DNA of 64,000 nt, from positions 172,794,001 through 172,858,000 of the forward strand of contig JBITNC010000001.1 in NCBI GenBank assembly GCA_050084985.1. The letters run 5' to 3'. Positions 15,104-28,320 of this stretch are shown one piece after another (position 1 is the first letter of the stretch; each line of letters begins with the position of its first letter). Position numbers and translations under genes: made by a program. The notes under the pieces are model-generated. The model was not told where the DNA came from and made no database searches. It saw only the letters and a program-made list of their open reading frames with translations. This DNA is from Nageia nagi (lineage: Eukaryota; Plantae; Pinophyta).

Positions 15104-15151
15104 CATTTCGGTAGCTTTGAAGCGCATCATTATTTCTTCTGTTTCAAGTTC
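15104..15151 (-). CDS. PHD/ELM2/CW gene coding exon 5 (48 nt, ELETEEIMMRFKATEM)
   Basis: Acceptor gtacag| and donor ATG|gtatat. Completes the PQ|ELET motif of the family. A further exon is expected but was not identified. Confidence 0.88.
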
Positions 15152-16239
15152 CTGTACTGACAAGCGGATCATTAAAAACGAATTCCAGTTATTTAATGCA
15201 CTTAGTAAATGTTGATTTAGTTGACTTGTAATAATTAAAATAAGTGTGTCATAAACAATTTAAGAGGATTACTAGAATACTTTCTTATATCCAAATGGCT
15301 AATTTATAACCCCATACAAAACAACTTTTTCTCTAAAAATCCAAGTATGCTCATAATGACCTAGATAAAAGATATAACAGATGCTCTTATCACAACTACA
15401 ATACATAAGTCGACTTGATGCTAAAAGGGAAGCTTCCACTCAGTTTTAAAGTCTTCCTAAGCACATGGTTTCTAGGCAGAAGACTCTACCCTCCTTTCCA
15501 TAATATAATAACTGGTTAATCCAACATTGTTTCTCATGAGTACCAAGTGGAATCTCCCCCACTATCAAGCCCATTCCAAACTAGTGACTCCCAATGGGTG
15601 CAATAAGAAATTTGAACAAATTAAAAAGTTTGCTGCATATTTAAAATGGGTAAACAAACCATAAATAGCACTAAAAGGTGTGGACTATAAATTCTTAGTA
15701 ACGAAATTCACCAAATTTCAGCCTTTTAAGTTTGAAATTCAGCGAATATGATACTCAAACGTTTTTATTCATTTTAATTCATCTAAAATTTGGCTTAAAT
15801 TTTGAAACAAATTTAATCGAAAAGAAATTATGTTCATATTTTAAGGGTTTCCAAAAAATCCAAATATCAGCACATTCAGTTTATTGGTGATTTCACATGT
15901 GATTTCTCTTACTAAGATTTGGATTGTGTTTTGATGGATTTTTTACCATCATTTGCATTTCGTACATCCCATTCCTAATGAAAGTTTGCAAGTAAGTTTG
16001 CAACTAAGTTTGCAACTGGACGGTGTTGAAACCCTGGAAATTTGTGGTTGTTTCTTCTGCCAGGCAGTCAAAACCCTCAAAATCGATCATTTCTCTTGCA
16101 AATCGATCATGTCGTTCTTGTCAAACACTACTTGTTGGTCTTCGTCTTGTGATCCTTTCTCACCGACGGTCCCCAAACATCATTAATAGATTGGTAATCT
16201 TGTCACCCAGGCTCCATATTTTAACTTTTAAGGTTGAAG

Positions 16240-16900
16240 TTTTAATTAATTTATAATTTATAAACATTTTGATTTAATATAATGTTTTATGTTTTAATTA
16301 ATTTATAATTTATAAACATTTAGTATAATATTTAAAGTTTTAATTAATTTATGTACCAATATTTTAATTTTTAATAATGTTTTAAATCAAATATTTAATA
16401 TAAAATGTTAAAAATTATAACTTTTAAATTATTAAAATGTAACAGCATTTTATTTTTAATAATGTTATAAATTAAATATTTAATATAAAATGTCAAATAT
16501 TTTAATTTTTAAATTATGAAAATGAAAAAGCCTTTTAATTTTAATAATGTTTTAAATTAAATATTTAATATACAATGTCAAATATTTTAACTTTTAAATT
16601 AAAAGTATAGAAATAAAAGGCTTTTCTCGATCTTTGATTGTTTGATTCAAAATATGAGCAAATAAAAAATTAGAAGGCTGACTTTATTTCAAAAAAACAG
16701 TATGAACAAATCGAAAAACAAAAGGCCAACACAGTCAGCTTTGTATTTTTTTATTAAAAAAAAACAATATGAACAAATAAAAATATAAAAGGCTGACTGT
16801 TTATTTCAAAAAAAACAGTATAAACAAATAAAAAATAAAAGACTGATTGTGTCACACTGTCAACCTTATATTTTTTTATTGAAAAAACAAAAGGTTGAAT
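16240..16900. repeat. Extremely AT-rich degenerate tandem repeats, probably the interior of a non-autonomous DNA element
   Basis: Recurring TTTAATAATGTTTTAAATTAAATATTTAATATAAAATGTCAAATATTTTAA units and recurring AAAAAACAGTATGAACAAAT...GGCTGACT units. Confidence 0.6.
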
Positions 16901-19900
16901 GTGAATTTGCTCATAGCCTCGTACTGTTTTTTTTATTCTGTATACAAAATTGCAATGTTCCAATAATATATCCTAATTGACTATTTTGACATTCACGCAG
17001 ACCTGAGACTCTTCAATGTCGAACATAGTGGCACCTCCAAAAGCAAATGCAAAAACATGGAATTTTATCATAAAAGAACCTCTGAATAGGTGGATATGCA
17101 GTATTCGTAGTTATGAATTCACAAGAACTTTGCAAGAGCAATAGCTCATCTTCTTTCACAGAGCAATGTTTGTGGGGTGATGCAGAAGGGTGTAAGATGA
17201 TTACTTCAGAAGTGAAAGAAATGATTTAGAAAGACATTCAAAACTCAGGTAAAGCAAACAAAAAACATAGCAAAAAAACGTTGAGTTGAAAATAATTCCA
17301 CAAATTGGGTGCAGGGAGATTGATTATGGAGAGATTTCAAATATTGGAAAAATGTGCTACTCACTATATTAATTTGTGATTTCATGATATCGAGGTACAT
17401 GGTTTCATAATGTAACCAAATTTTTCATGGAAGCTTGTACAACTGGGTTCAATCCCAAAGTAATGGCTCCAACTCCCATATCTCAGCTTTGCATTGAGAA
17501 TTGTGAATGCAAATAGATCTCTTACCTGAGGTCCATAAATGACTCGATGTATATCATAATAAATAACAGAGAGAAGAATCAGTGCCTTTTAAAACCAAGC
17601 AGTGGATGATATATGTATAAGATAGCAAGGTGTATAACTTAGAGACTTGTAACCTCTTCAACCAGAGAAAAGAACAAAGTCTGAAAGCGGAGGCCTTATG
17701 GACTTCAGCAAAGGAAAGATGGCACAAGTTAAAGTTGATGGAGCATCTGGCAAAACAGGATAAAAAACTAAAAGAGTTATCTATGATTCGAGACATAATC
17801 TGGTGGCTACAGTAAGTGAATATCTGGGCAAGGGTATAGCACTGATCCAAAGGCATCCGATTATCTTTAAACCAAAATAATAAAAAAATAACGGAGACTC
17901 CTTAATCACTGTCAAACACTGAAAGATGGGTTATCAAAGAATTAGCAAACTGCACGTATAACTCAGGAAGTAGTCAACATGCACACAAAGCTTGAAGAGA
18001 TGATCTTGAGACATGTTTTCTGGGAAGCAAACAAGTTAAGCTAACAAAGAAGTTGCAACAGTTTATATCACCACCATGCAAAAAAGAAACTAGGAGACAG
18101 ACGTAATATTAGTAGCATCTATTGACATCAAAAGTGCAATCACCAGAGATTACTAAATGGTGATCTACACAACAATGCGAAAATAACTGAAATGTAACAT
18201 CAGCAAGAAGGAGACTGGTTCCAAACAAGTTTAGTCCAGGTCCACCTGGGTTTGTCCCTTTTGCTAGTTGTGTGTGATGTTTTAGTTTTTTTATCAGATG
18301 ATCAATGTACAGACTATTGCAAGACATGTCCTTGCATAGGTTAAATTCAGACTGACATATGAATGAATTAAGCACGTTTAAGAGATATAAGAAACCTTGG
18401 GGTCTTCAGGTCTTATTATCACATATTTGTTTTGGAATCCCTTCTACTCCCTGGAGCCACCAACGATTTATTTGTAGGGGATAGTGGGATGAATGCTTAA
18501 ACTACTATAAAAATAAAAGACTAGCAATTCTCCATAGGAAAATCTACTACTGATTATACAGCTTTTCGTGTTTCAGTATAGACTAGATTCGTATCAGAGC
18601 TGAAACAAATTAAATTGTATTTACTTATTTTAGCCTTCAGGTAATGTTAGAGGAATTTCCAACCCTTCAATTTTTTGCCCAATTTGATTTAAATATTCTC
18701 TGCATTCCTCTTTCCCTGAGATAATTCCTCTGATAATCTAAGAAATCCTTTGTTTTGTCTGGACTTGAGAACCTGAAAATTTGACGGCAAAGGAAAATGG
18801 AGTTGATGGCCAACTTACTTGCCTCAAGACGGAGAGGCCCATAGCTACAAAATCAGATTTGTCTTGACAAAGAACATTAATTTGCATTCACTCTGCATCG
18901 GGTAAGGTGGTCGGTCACCAGTATTTGCAAAAAATTATACAAGGAAAACCTAAGGATAAACAATTTTGGACATTTGATAGTATTGCAACGACTATGAAGT
19001 AACTATCCCGGCTATAAAGGCCAAGAAGAAGGTTTCCAAGAGAGAGGTTCAACCATTTTCAGGTAAAACGCTAGTGTATTGTGTCTGGGTTTGGTGTTCT
19101 CTGTGTTTTCTCTTTGGTTTCCTTTACCATAATTGTTCATGCAACTTTGACCAAAAGGTTGTGCTGGACACAGATTCAATCAAGTTGCAATGCTGAGTGG
19201 AACATTGGCTGTATTCAGATCAGAAAATACCAGATGGCCTCTCATTCTATGGATGCATGTTTTCTATTGTAAAGCTTTATATTAACAGAAACCTCACATT
19301 CTATGGAGGTGTTTCTCATCTTCTGGGTCTCATCCATAATATAAAACAGTCTTGTTCCTGGCTATTGCTCATTTTGCTGTATAAATGTTTGTTTGACATT
19401 TCATTTGCTTACTTTCTAAGAAAAAAATGATATCAACTTCTTCAGTACAAATGCTTCTTTGGGTCACTTTCTTAGTGACTTGTTAGAATGCATTATCAGT
19501 TCTCTCCCTATTTTCAGTCTATACCATAGAGTATGAAAATTTACCACAAGCCCACGGAGAAGGCACCAATCTTTCCCCCATATGATTGGATCTCACTTTT
19601 TGGTCAAAGTTCCTACACTTATATACTGGTTCTTCACATCGCTTAGAATACTAAATGAGTGTCATATAGCATAGATCTTTAGATAAAATCTCAAGGGTAA
19701 ATCCTTGACTGGAAGCCTGAACCATCCTTGCACTCTCTTGTAGGGGGACGAATAACAACAAAACAGGTAGATAGCCTTTACTGCTGATCATGAACTCCTC
19801 TTATTAATTGGTTAGCCTCTGGATATTTTACCCAGAGTGCTGTTTTGATTATGGGTGAAGGCCCAATGGACAACCCTAATTATGTGACCAAAACAACAGC

Positions 19901-20902
19901 GTATTTTAGCATATGGTATAAAATACATCCATTACATGTCCCTCTATTTCAAGCAGCTTTGACCAAAAAGTAGAAGCTTGGTGCTGAGATAGATTTCTTC
20001 CATGATTCAACAATTTTCCAATAAGGTTGATTCATCTTGAAGCAAACGAAGACACAAAACAATATGCATGCCACAAATACTTTGAATCTCTTTCATAAAT
20101 CAAGATTAATGTATCCGAGATCCATTTTGATAGGCACCTAGTATCTCCCGTTGTGGATAACGTATCTCATAATTTAATTTTAAAATATTACTGATATGAA
20201 CTGCTCAAGTATCATCTATAATTTTGACTCTTGAGAGTTTTTTAAAATTTATTCTGTAAGACTAAAATCTCTCATCATAATTGGGGTGTAAATAGGATTC
20301 AAACGTATATTTCTTTGAGTTTCGATTGATATTTTTTAGACTCAACAAGAGTTCTCGTATTTGGCATTGTAAAATCAATAACTTTATCCTAATTGAATTG
20401 TTTTTTCAGCTCGGACTAAACAAATAACTTCAACATTCTTTAACTAATTTCACCTTTGAAGATGCTCTAGTAAATAAGATTTCTAAAATAGCATTTGCTT
20501 AAGAATCAAACGCATTAATTTATAATAAATGAAGCAGTATCCAACAAATGTTCTCTAACACTCTTCTCCATTCCATAAAATATATCCTTTACATCAGTTG
20601 ATCCATTTATGAACCTTCAAAGTTTCAATGATGGACTTTGATCTGTTTAACTGAAGAATGTGACTATCTTCTGATGCTACTACACCAGATTGGAGCTTTT
20701 ACATTGACCACATAATCCTGATTATCGATTGTCAGATTTGGAGACTCAAACAGTAATTTAACTGTTATGTACCCATTCCTAAGAATGGCTTAAAAAGTAC
20801 TTTTCTCTCTAAATCTGTAAGATAGAATATTCTCCTTATCCCTTAATATGATAACTGACTCTTCATAATTAAGAATAGTAGTTCCTTTAAATGGTGCAAT
20901 CA

Positions 20903-22290
20903 TGTCACAGAACACTTTTAATAATATACATTATCGTAATTAGGTATGTAACATTCTCCTCCTGTAGGCTTCCAGTTGTCCTCACTGGATTAGTCTCCTT
21001 AATAACTTGATGTTTCCTTTTATTATTGAATAAATCAGGATATTGATCTTGCATAACATCATACCTTTCCCAAGTTGCATTATCGGGAGAACAATCTTTC
21101 CAACTCACCTTAAATTCTTTAACAGTAAGATTTTTATAAAAATAATAATCCATATTGTATGGTATAATGGGATTCATCAAAAAATTTCCGTCTATTAACC
21201 TTTGATAGAAGTCTTTAAAAATTGAATCTTTCCACGTTGCATTATCAGGAGAACAATTTTTCCAACTCACCTTAAATTCTTTTAACAGTGTGATTTTTAT
21301 AAAAATAATGATCCATATTGTATGGTATAATGGGATTCATCAAAACAATTCCGTCTATTAACCTTTGATAAAAGTCTTTAAAAATTGAATCTTTAGGTAT
21401 GAGATTTTTAATTGCTTGGTTAAATCTGTTTCTTTCAATCAAAAGACCATTTACAAAACTTCTTACTCTACTTAGTGCATCAGCCATTTTTTATCTTTTC
21501 CAGGCACATTTTCCAATTCAAAGTCATATTTCAACAACAATTGCATCCACCTTCTTTTTTGTATATTCAATAAATGTTGTTTGTGTAGAAATAGCAGAGA
21601 CTTCTATGATCCATTCTTAATTGAAATGTATAACTTAACAAGTATTGCCTCCATCTTTTAAGGCTGTGAATAACTGCAACGAGTTCTAAGTCATGAGTTG
21701 GATGATATCTTTTGCATGTGTTTTAACTTTTGACTCATAACACACTACTCTATCATCTTTCATTAATACTCCCTCACTCCCAATACCACATACATCAGCA
21801 GTGACAGCAAAACTTTCATTTGCATCTGGAATACAAAAAACAGAGTTTGCGGTTAATAACCTTTTGAGTGTAACAAATGCTCGTTTACAACTTTCATCCC
21901 AACCAAAGGTTTGCTTCTAGTAAGATCAGTTAATGGTGCAACAATACTGGAATAATTCTTTATGAATTTTTTGTAGAACCATGTTAGCCCTAAGAATTGC
22001 AAACTTCATGGGCATCTTTTGGTGTTGGCCAATCGAACATTGCTTGAATTTCCAAAGGTTCGAAGGAAATCCCTTTGTGTGACACCACATGTCCTAAATA
22101 TGATATTTCTGTTTTGAAAAAGTCACATTTGCTTGCTTTCACATATAGTTTGACTTTGTATTCCCTTGATACTTCCAAGGCTTTACATAAATTCTCCTTA
22201 TGTTCCTCTATTATTTTAGAATAGATTAGAATGTCATCTAAGAAAATTACCACGAATTTGTCTAAATATGGTTTGAAAATATTGATACTT
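20903..22290 (-). mobile_element. Ty3/gypsy chromovirus fossil: RT, RNase H and chromodomain, integrase missing
   Basis: VIFLDDILIYSK, SKCDFFKTEISYLGHVVS, ADALSR, EFKVSWKDCSPDNATWE. PPT AGGAGGAGAA (20963-20954) is followed by TGTTACA. Confidence 0.88.
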
Positions 22291-22294
22291 CCTT

Positions 22295-22905
22295 AATCAC
22301 CCGACAAGCAAAGACACTTTTCACCTAAATACCCAACCCATTAGTTTCCCAACTACCCAAACCAATAATCACTCGACTACCTTAACCCCTAGTCATTTGA
22401 CAAGCAAAAACCCTTGCCACCTAACTACCCAAACCATTCATCGTTCAACTAGGTAAACCCTTGATTGTCAAACAAGCAAAAACCCTTGCCACCCAACTAG
22501 CCAAATCACTTGTTGCTCAAATAGGTAAACCGCTAATCATTCAACAAGCAAAAACGCTTACCACCCAACTAGCCAAACCACTAGTCGTTCAATTATGTAA
22601 ACCTCTATTTGTCGAACAAGCAAAATCCCTTATCACTCAAGTAACTAAACTATCAACCGCTCAACTAGGGAAACCCCTAGTCATCAAACAAGTAAAATCC
22701 CTTGTCACTCAACTAGGTAAACTGCTAGTAGCTCGACTAGGAGAACCCCTTGTCCAACAATTTAAAACCCTAGTCACTTGATTAGCTAAATCTCTAATTG
22801 CTCAGATAGGTAAACCCCTAGCCGTCCACTAAGTTAAAACACTTGTCACTCAAAATGCTAAACCGCTAGTCACTCAACTAGGTAAACCCTTAATCGTTCA
22901 ACAAC
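22295..22905. repeat. 24-bp minisatellite with a 72-bp (3 x 24) higher-order period
   Basis: Cyclic subunits CAAGCAAAAACCCTT.. / CAACTAGCCAAACCACT.. / CAACTAGGTAAACCCCT.., visible as an 8-aa period in ORF 22461..22781. Confidence 0.85.
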
Positions 22906-23099
22906 TAATGCCTTGGAAGATCGACCAACCTTGGCACGTGTGGCATGAATACGAGGCACAAAAATTATAAATAAGGTTGAAAGTCTTTAGACCCTCATTT
23001 TTGTCCATTTCATTCGAATTCAGTCTGTCATAGGTTTCCTATCACCTTGCTTTTTTCCATTCCAACCCTCTTGCCTAGCCATTATGTCATTTTTTCTGG

Positions 23100-26000
23100 A
23101 AATACACCACGTCTTGACCTAGGCAACCTCATACAACCTTACCGTACAAGAAAAGTTTCCCAAAGCTGACATGTACACAAACTGGATACAGTGCTCAAGT
23201 TTGAAGGGACCTATCTTCATGCCATCCTTTGTAAGAAAGACGAAACTATTGGACCTTTGTCTCTAATTTAAGGGAAAGATTCTTCAAATGTTATATGGAT
23301 TCTACCACTACCCTCTGGCTAGCTAGGTGATGCAGATTGCATAGAGTTTTGAAGTCTCAGACCAAATCATTGTATTAATGTAAGTTTAATATGGGTAAAA
23401 TGAAGATTTAGGGTACAGGATCCCCACCCATTACCATAAAACTCAACCTATTGGGACAATCTCCACCAATGAAGAAGAAACTTACAAAAAGTTTTTGTTT
23501 ATAGACAGAAACAACCCTACATAGATCATCACAATGTGAGTCCTGAGGACCAACATGTGTCCACTGAAATTTAACTGCCAATAATCATCAAAGACGAAAA
23601 AGGATGATGTTCCATGTCACAACCAATAAATCAGCAGAAAGTATTCCAGGATAAATCTCCTGAAACAAAGTGACCGAGCTTGTCTCCATAGGGCTTGAGG
23701 TCTATTATAACCATTTGAATTAATCTCAAAAATTACAGATATATATCTCAGACTGCCAGGCTGAAAGACATCATTTCAAACTAAAGGCAACCTCAAAGCA
23801 TTGGAAAAAATGCCCACAGTTCATCTTTCATTTCCACACATCTAAACCCATCAAACGACTCCCAAAATCAGAGTTACCCTTTATGTAGATATGATCTAAT
23901 TTATAGTTTTCCACTTTATTAGGAGGATGTGGGAATCTCAGATAAGAGCTACTGACCAACCATCAGTGATCAATTTCAAATCACATTCAATTTCCAAGAG
24001 GGGCCAATCGTCCCAGAAAATTTTGTATCCTGTTAACAAGGCATATGAGCCATCCATTTGAGAACAAGAAAATTTTCAATTTATACTTTCTTTATAAGGT
24101 CAAATTTGTAGCTCCATATGTTTCGACCCATCAACAAAGCTTAGGAATCAAGCCTTTACCAACCATTAGTGGAAAGTTAATGGGTGACTTTGTAGTTTGT
24201 AGTTTGTTTTATGTTACAAAGTGGTTCGGAAACCAATTGAGACATGTCACCTCATGTGACATTTGAGACATATCACCACCATGTGTGGGGTAACTTGAAC
24301 CTGAGACTCTCTTTACATCATTTCAAAGTTTTCACACCCACTTTTCCCCCAACTCCCTTAACATTTCATGATTAAGCAACAGAATCTTGTTGTTCAAATA
24401 CCTTGGCAGGGTCTTGAATATATCAATATGCCATGTATTCGATATAAAATTGTCCTTCAGGTGTAATCCTATATGAAACTCCTCCATGCATCTCTGACAT
24501 GACATAAATAAAATTATCCGAATATTTTGTAATGTTTCTTTAATTTTTCTAGATGAAATTTCCAGAAACATTCATAGACTGTCCTACTTTGCTACATTTT
24601 ATTTTTTATGTATTGCATAACAAATAATCACTGAACTCCTAAACTTTAAATCATATTGTGTCACCTGATCATGAACCAGTAGTGACAAGGTCTAAAGACC
24701 AGTTGCATCAGGGTCTCCCATGATTTACAAATAGAAGGATTGCTTAGTTTTACTTCTCTCTAAACTAAAATATGCCAAATTTGATAATGGAAGACCTGTA
24801 TCAAGCTTTTTTATTCACCATTACCTAACAATTTTGAATGTTTTACCTTTTTGTGTTAATGATTATCTTCCAAAGGCTTCAACTTCTACATCCCACTCTG
24901 CAGTTATTGAGAGTCTTTTTTGGGTCCCCCATGATCCTTGAAAACTAGAAGCATTGTCTAGATGTGTTTCTCTCTAAACTAACATCTGTCAGATTTGACA
25001 ATGGCAAATATGTATAGTGGCAAATATGTTTTGTAACCATCAGTAGAAAATTTCGGTTGCATTTTTTCTGCTCCTTAATTCCTCAACATCCTAGTCTGTA
25101 GCTATATACGAAGCTTCAAGTAAAGGTCATTTTAGGTATATGACACCCTTTAAAGAACAAGATAGCTTTTCACTTTACCTTTGACCAAGCTTGTAGCAAG
25201 TCAATCAATTACAGGGATGCCTATATACTCAAGCTCAAATTTAGTAATGAGTTCAGATCCAACACAGCTAATTTCTTGTTCCTTTGACAAATGGAATCAA
25301 GGGCATTCAAAAATCAAATTTCTAGCCACAATAAAACTCCAAAATGTTGCTGCTTCCAGCGCTGAATTGAACTTGAACTTGATTACTTTGGTCAAACAAT
25401 TAATGACATGAAATCCATTCGTGAATTTGTGCATGTCTACATGCCAAAATTGTATCCGTCTACACTTTGGCCTGTATAATCAGCCTTGGATAAGGCAGCT
25501 GCACTTGATAACTCACATGCAATACTTTTAGGTGTGCTTCCAATGAAAATTTTCACCCTAGAGAATGAGATGTCAGGTAATAAGAAGAATAAAAAAGAGA
25601 TGCTAGTAGATGACTGGATAGACTCAATATGACTACCAAGTCTTAGCGCTTAATTTCTAGAAAATTAGGTATTTTAGTCATTAATGGTGGAAGGACTTCC
25701 TATATCCAAGTTTTTAATCTTGGTAGATATTCAAACATAAAAGGTGGTGAACAGATATCCAAGATCAAGTTGCCACATAGCATCACATGACCCATGTATG
25801 TATTCAACAAAAATGATTTAAGGCTTAAGCTATGGTGGAACATTCTTTTCAAGTTTCCTTTTTGTCAAGACATTCCCCTCAACCAAATTTAGCTGATTTT
25901 GAAACCAACTAAAGCCGATAGAGAAAAGAAACTATTTGAGAGATTTTCAATGGTTCATTATGTGTATTGGTTCCACATTCTGCCAATACTTGAACAAATT

Positions 26001-26400
26001 TAGGCTCAAGTGCAGGAAGGCAGAGCTGGAAGACACTTTAAGGGATCGACATTCCATTTTCATATTTTACCTTTAAATTTCTTTCTTCCCCAACACTTTT
26101 GCAATTTTCTGGCTAAGTGCAGGGTGATCAGAATGCCAGGCACTGTTAGATTTTGATGATCTCAATATGTCATTTTGCAGTTTGTCTCTGCACCTCTTCA
26201 CTTTTAACTTTAAGCAAAATAAGTATTTGTCATCCTCATTTCTGTATTTACCAAGACTAAGGTGACTTTTCATCATCCAATCTTGAAGGTCATTTACACT
26301 TCTGTTTCTGTCAACTTGCTTCCATTTTCTGCTTCCCTGCAGCTCTACCAATACTTAGGAGGATGTTAGAAAGTCCAACAGAACTTAGCAATAACTTCAA
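23100..26400 (-). mobile_element. Heavily decayed L1-type LINE, boundaries approximate
   Basis: Degenerate motifs in L1 order on the minus strand: IMGD (~24925), WxxxGD (~24670), FWDxIG (~24015), FxDD (~23590). Confidence 0.45.
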
Positions 26401-26709
26401 ATGTAATATTCATATGCTAGTTTACCAACAGCCCCTGCAGGCTGCAGCAGAAACAGGACTTAAAAAATGCTGGTGTCAGAGATCATCGTTGTATAATATG
26501 ACTACTATGCATGTTTAGATTTTTTATACCCTACAGTATAGACTAGTTAAAAGCCTTTTTGGGTAATGAACATGAGATTCTTTTCAAGGAAAAAAAATCA
26601 GTTCCCAAAATATATGCCATTTGAAATTTTTTTGGTTTTGAATTCATGCACCTTTAGAACTATTCTACTTTAAGGAAAATGACCATACAACTTATGAATA
26701 TGTCCATAT

Positions 26710-27874
26710 CATAGTTCAAAAAAACGGGGAGACTATTCGCTTTATTTTTTTATTATTCCCATTGAAGCCAGAATTTCCGATTAATCAGCAGGATCAAGGA
26801 TCAATCTTCCGTGATTAATCATGGACCAATTCAGGGGAGTTTTTATTTTGCTGACATGATGATTCTGGATAATTTTTTGCCAATTAATCCTGATATTTTT
26901 GGAAAATATTGGCTGGCTCAGGAAAAAGCACTTTTGTGGTCAAAAGCCAATTTTGACTTCATTTTCTCAATTTTACTTCAGCAAACAAGATCAACAAGTT
27001 TCTAAAAACTTAATCAGCAAAGGAAAACTAGTTATAAGACCCTTCAATCAATTTTTTCTACTTGTTTATAATATATATACTGCTTTTTCTACTTGTTTAT
27101 TTATTTTTCTACTTATTTATCTACTGTTTTTGTTTTACTTATGCCTGGGCTTGTGAATTGTTTTTTCACTTGTTTATCTTCTTTTTTTTACATTGCTTTT
27201 TTATTTTTCTATTGGTTTTTTGCTAACATGGTCACATCTATGTGTTTCAGCTTTTAAGTTGTGGAAGTATAGTTTCATAACTTTATGTTTTATTTTTTAT
27301 TGCAAGATACAAAGCTAAAAATACATACTTTTTCAATAATGTAAGTTTCTCATTTTGGCATCCATATGCTTAATTCTTGGTGAAAAGAAAATCTTTCTAA
27401 TTTTGGACATTCAAAATTTCATATAAAACTCTAAAATGTACATTATACTGTGTTATTAACTTTTATTTGATATGGAATGTTGTGTTATTTGATATGCAAT
27501 GTTGATACTCTCAGAGATAGCTAAAAATGGTTTGTTTAAATGTTCAAATAGGGAAAATCCTCAATTTTTCTTATTTGCCAATTCTTTTGCATATTTTTGG
27601 CCGATTTCCAATTAATCCGAATTCTCTAGCCAAAAGACTTTTTTCCGACTCTGATTTTGGCAGCTATGATTATTCTTCAGATTGAGAACAACAAAGAATC
27701 ACTGAATTATTAAGCAAAAATTGCATATTCAGGAATATGCAAGTTTTGCTGAATATGCTGCACTTAACCTAAAAACAGATTTTTTCCTTTATTTTCTGTA
27801 TTATTGCCGAATTGCCAAATATTCTCCACATGGACCTAAACGATTATTGGCCAAAACTCCTTTTTCAAACTATG
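26710..27874. mobile_element. hAT-type MITE (outer element)
   Basis: TIRs CATAGTTCAAAAAA / TTTTTCAAACTATG and a perfect 8-bp TSD GTCCATAT (26702-26709 / 27875-27882). Confidence 0.88.
26760..27668 (+). mobile_element. Non-autonomous hAT element nested in the outer MITE
   Basis: Imperfect TIRs CATTGAAGCCAGAA / TTTTGGCAGCTATG, 8-bp TSD ATTATTCC / ATTATTCT, CCGATT subterminal motifs, and a related copy at 8100-8814. Confidence 0.8.
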
Positions 27875-27920
27875 GTCCATATCAAATTTCAGCATGTAGA
27901 TTGCCTTAACCATTCAAGAA

Positions 27921-28320
27921 GTGAATTCATCCTACATTCATACTGCAATTTTAAACATTTGGTAGTTTGCCTAAGATGTGAAAAATGAATGTAATAGGCA
28001 TATATTTTCTCTGGAATTTGAAATCTTAGGTCTGCAACAGTTCACATATCCACTGGCACATGAAAGGAGTTCACCCTACATTCATACTGACATACGAAAA
28101 GTGAACCTATATATTTTCTCTGAAATTTATAAGTTGAGGTCTGTAACTGTTCACCTATCCACTGGCACAGGAAATGAATTCACCCTAAATTGATTCTGCA
28201 TTTTTAAGCATTTGGTAGTTTGTCTGACATGTGGGAAAAGATTGTAAGAGACATTTATTTTCTCTGAAATTAGTTTGAGGTCTGCAACGGTTCACCTATC
28301 CACTGGCACAGGAAAAGAAT
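27921..28320. repeat. Degenerate tandem repeat, about 3 units of 105-150 bp
   Basis: Three copies of GGTCTG(C/T)AACxGTTCACxTATCCACTGGCACA and of TTCAxCCTAxATT. Confidence 0.8.

Noticed and set aside
17000-19950. Possible LINE and LTR remnants
   Set aside because: Only faint motif similarity with no termini or TSD; too weak to annotate.
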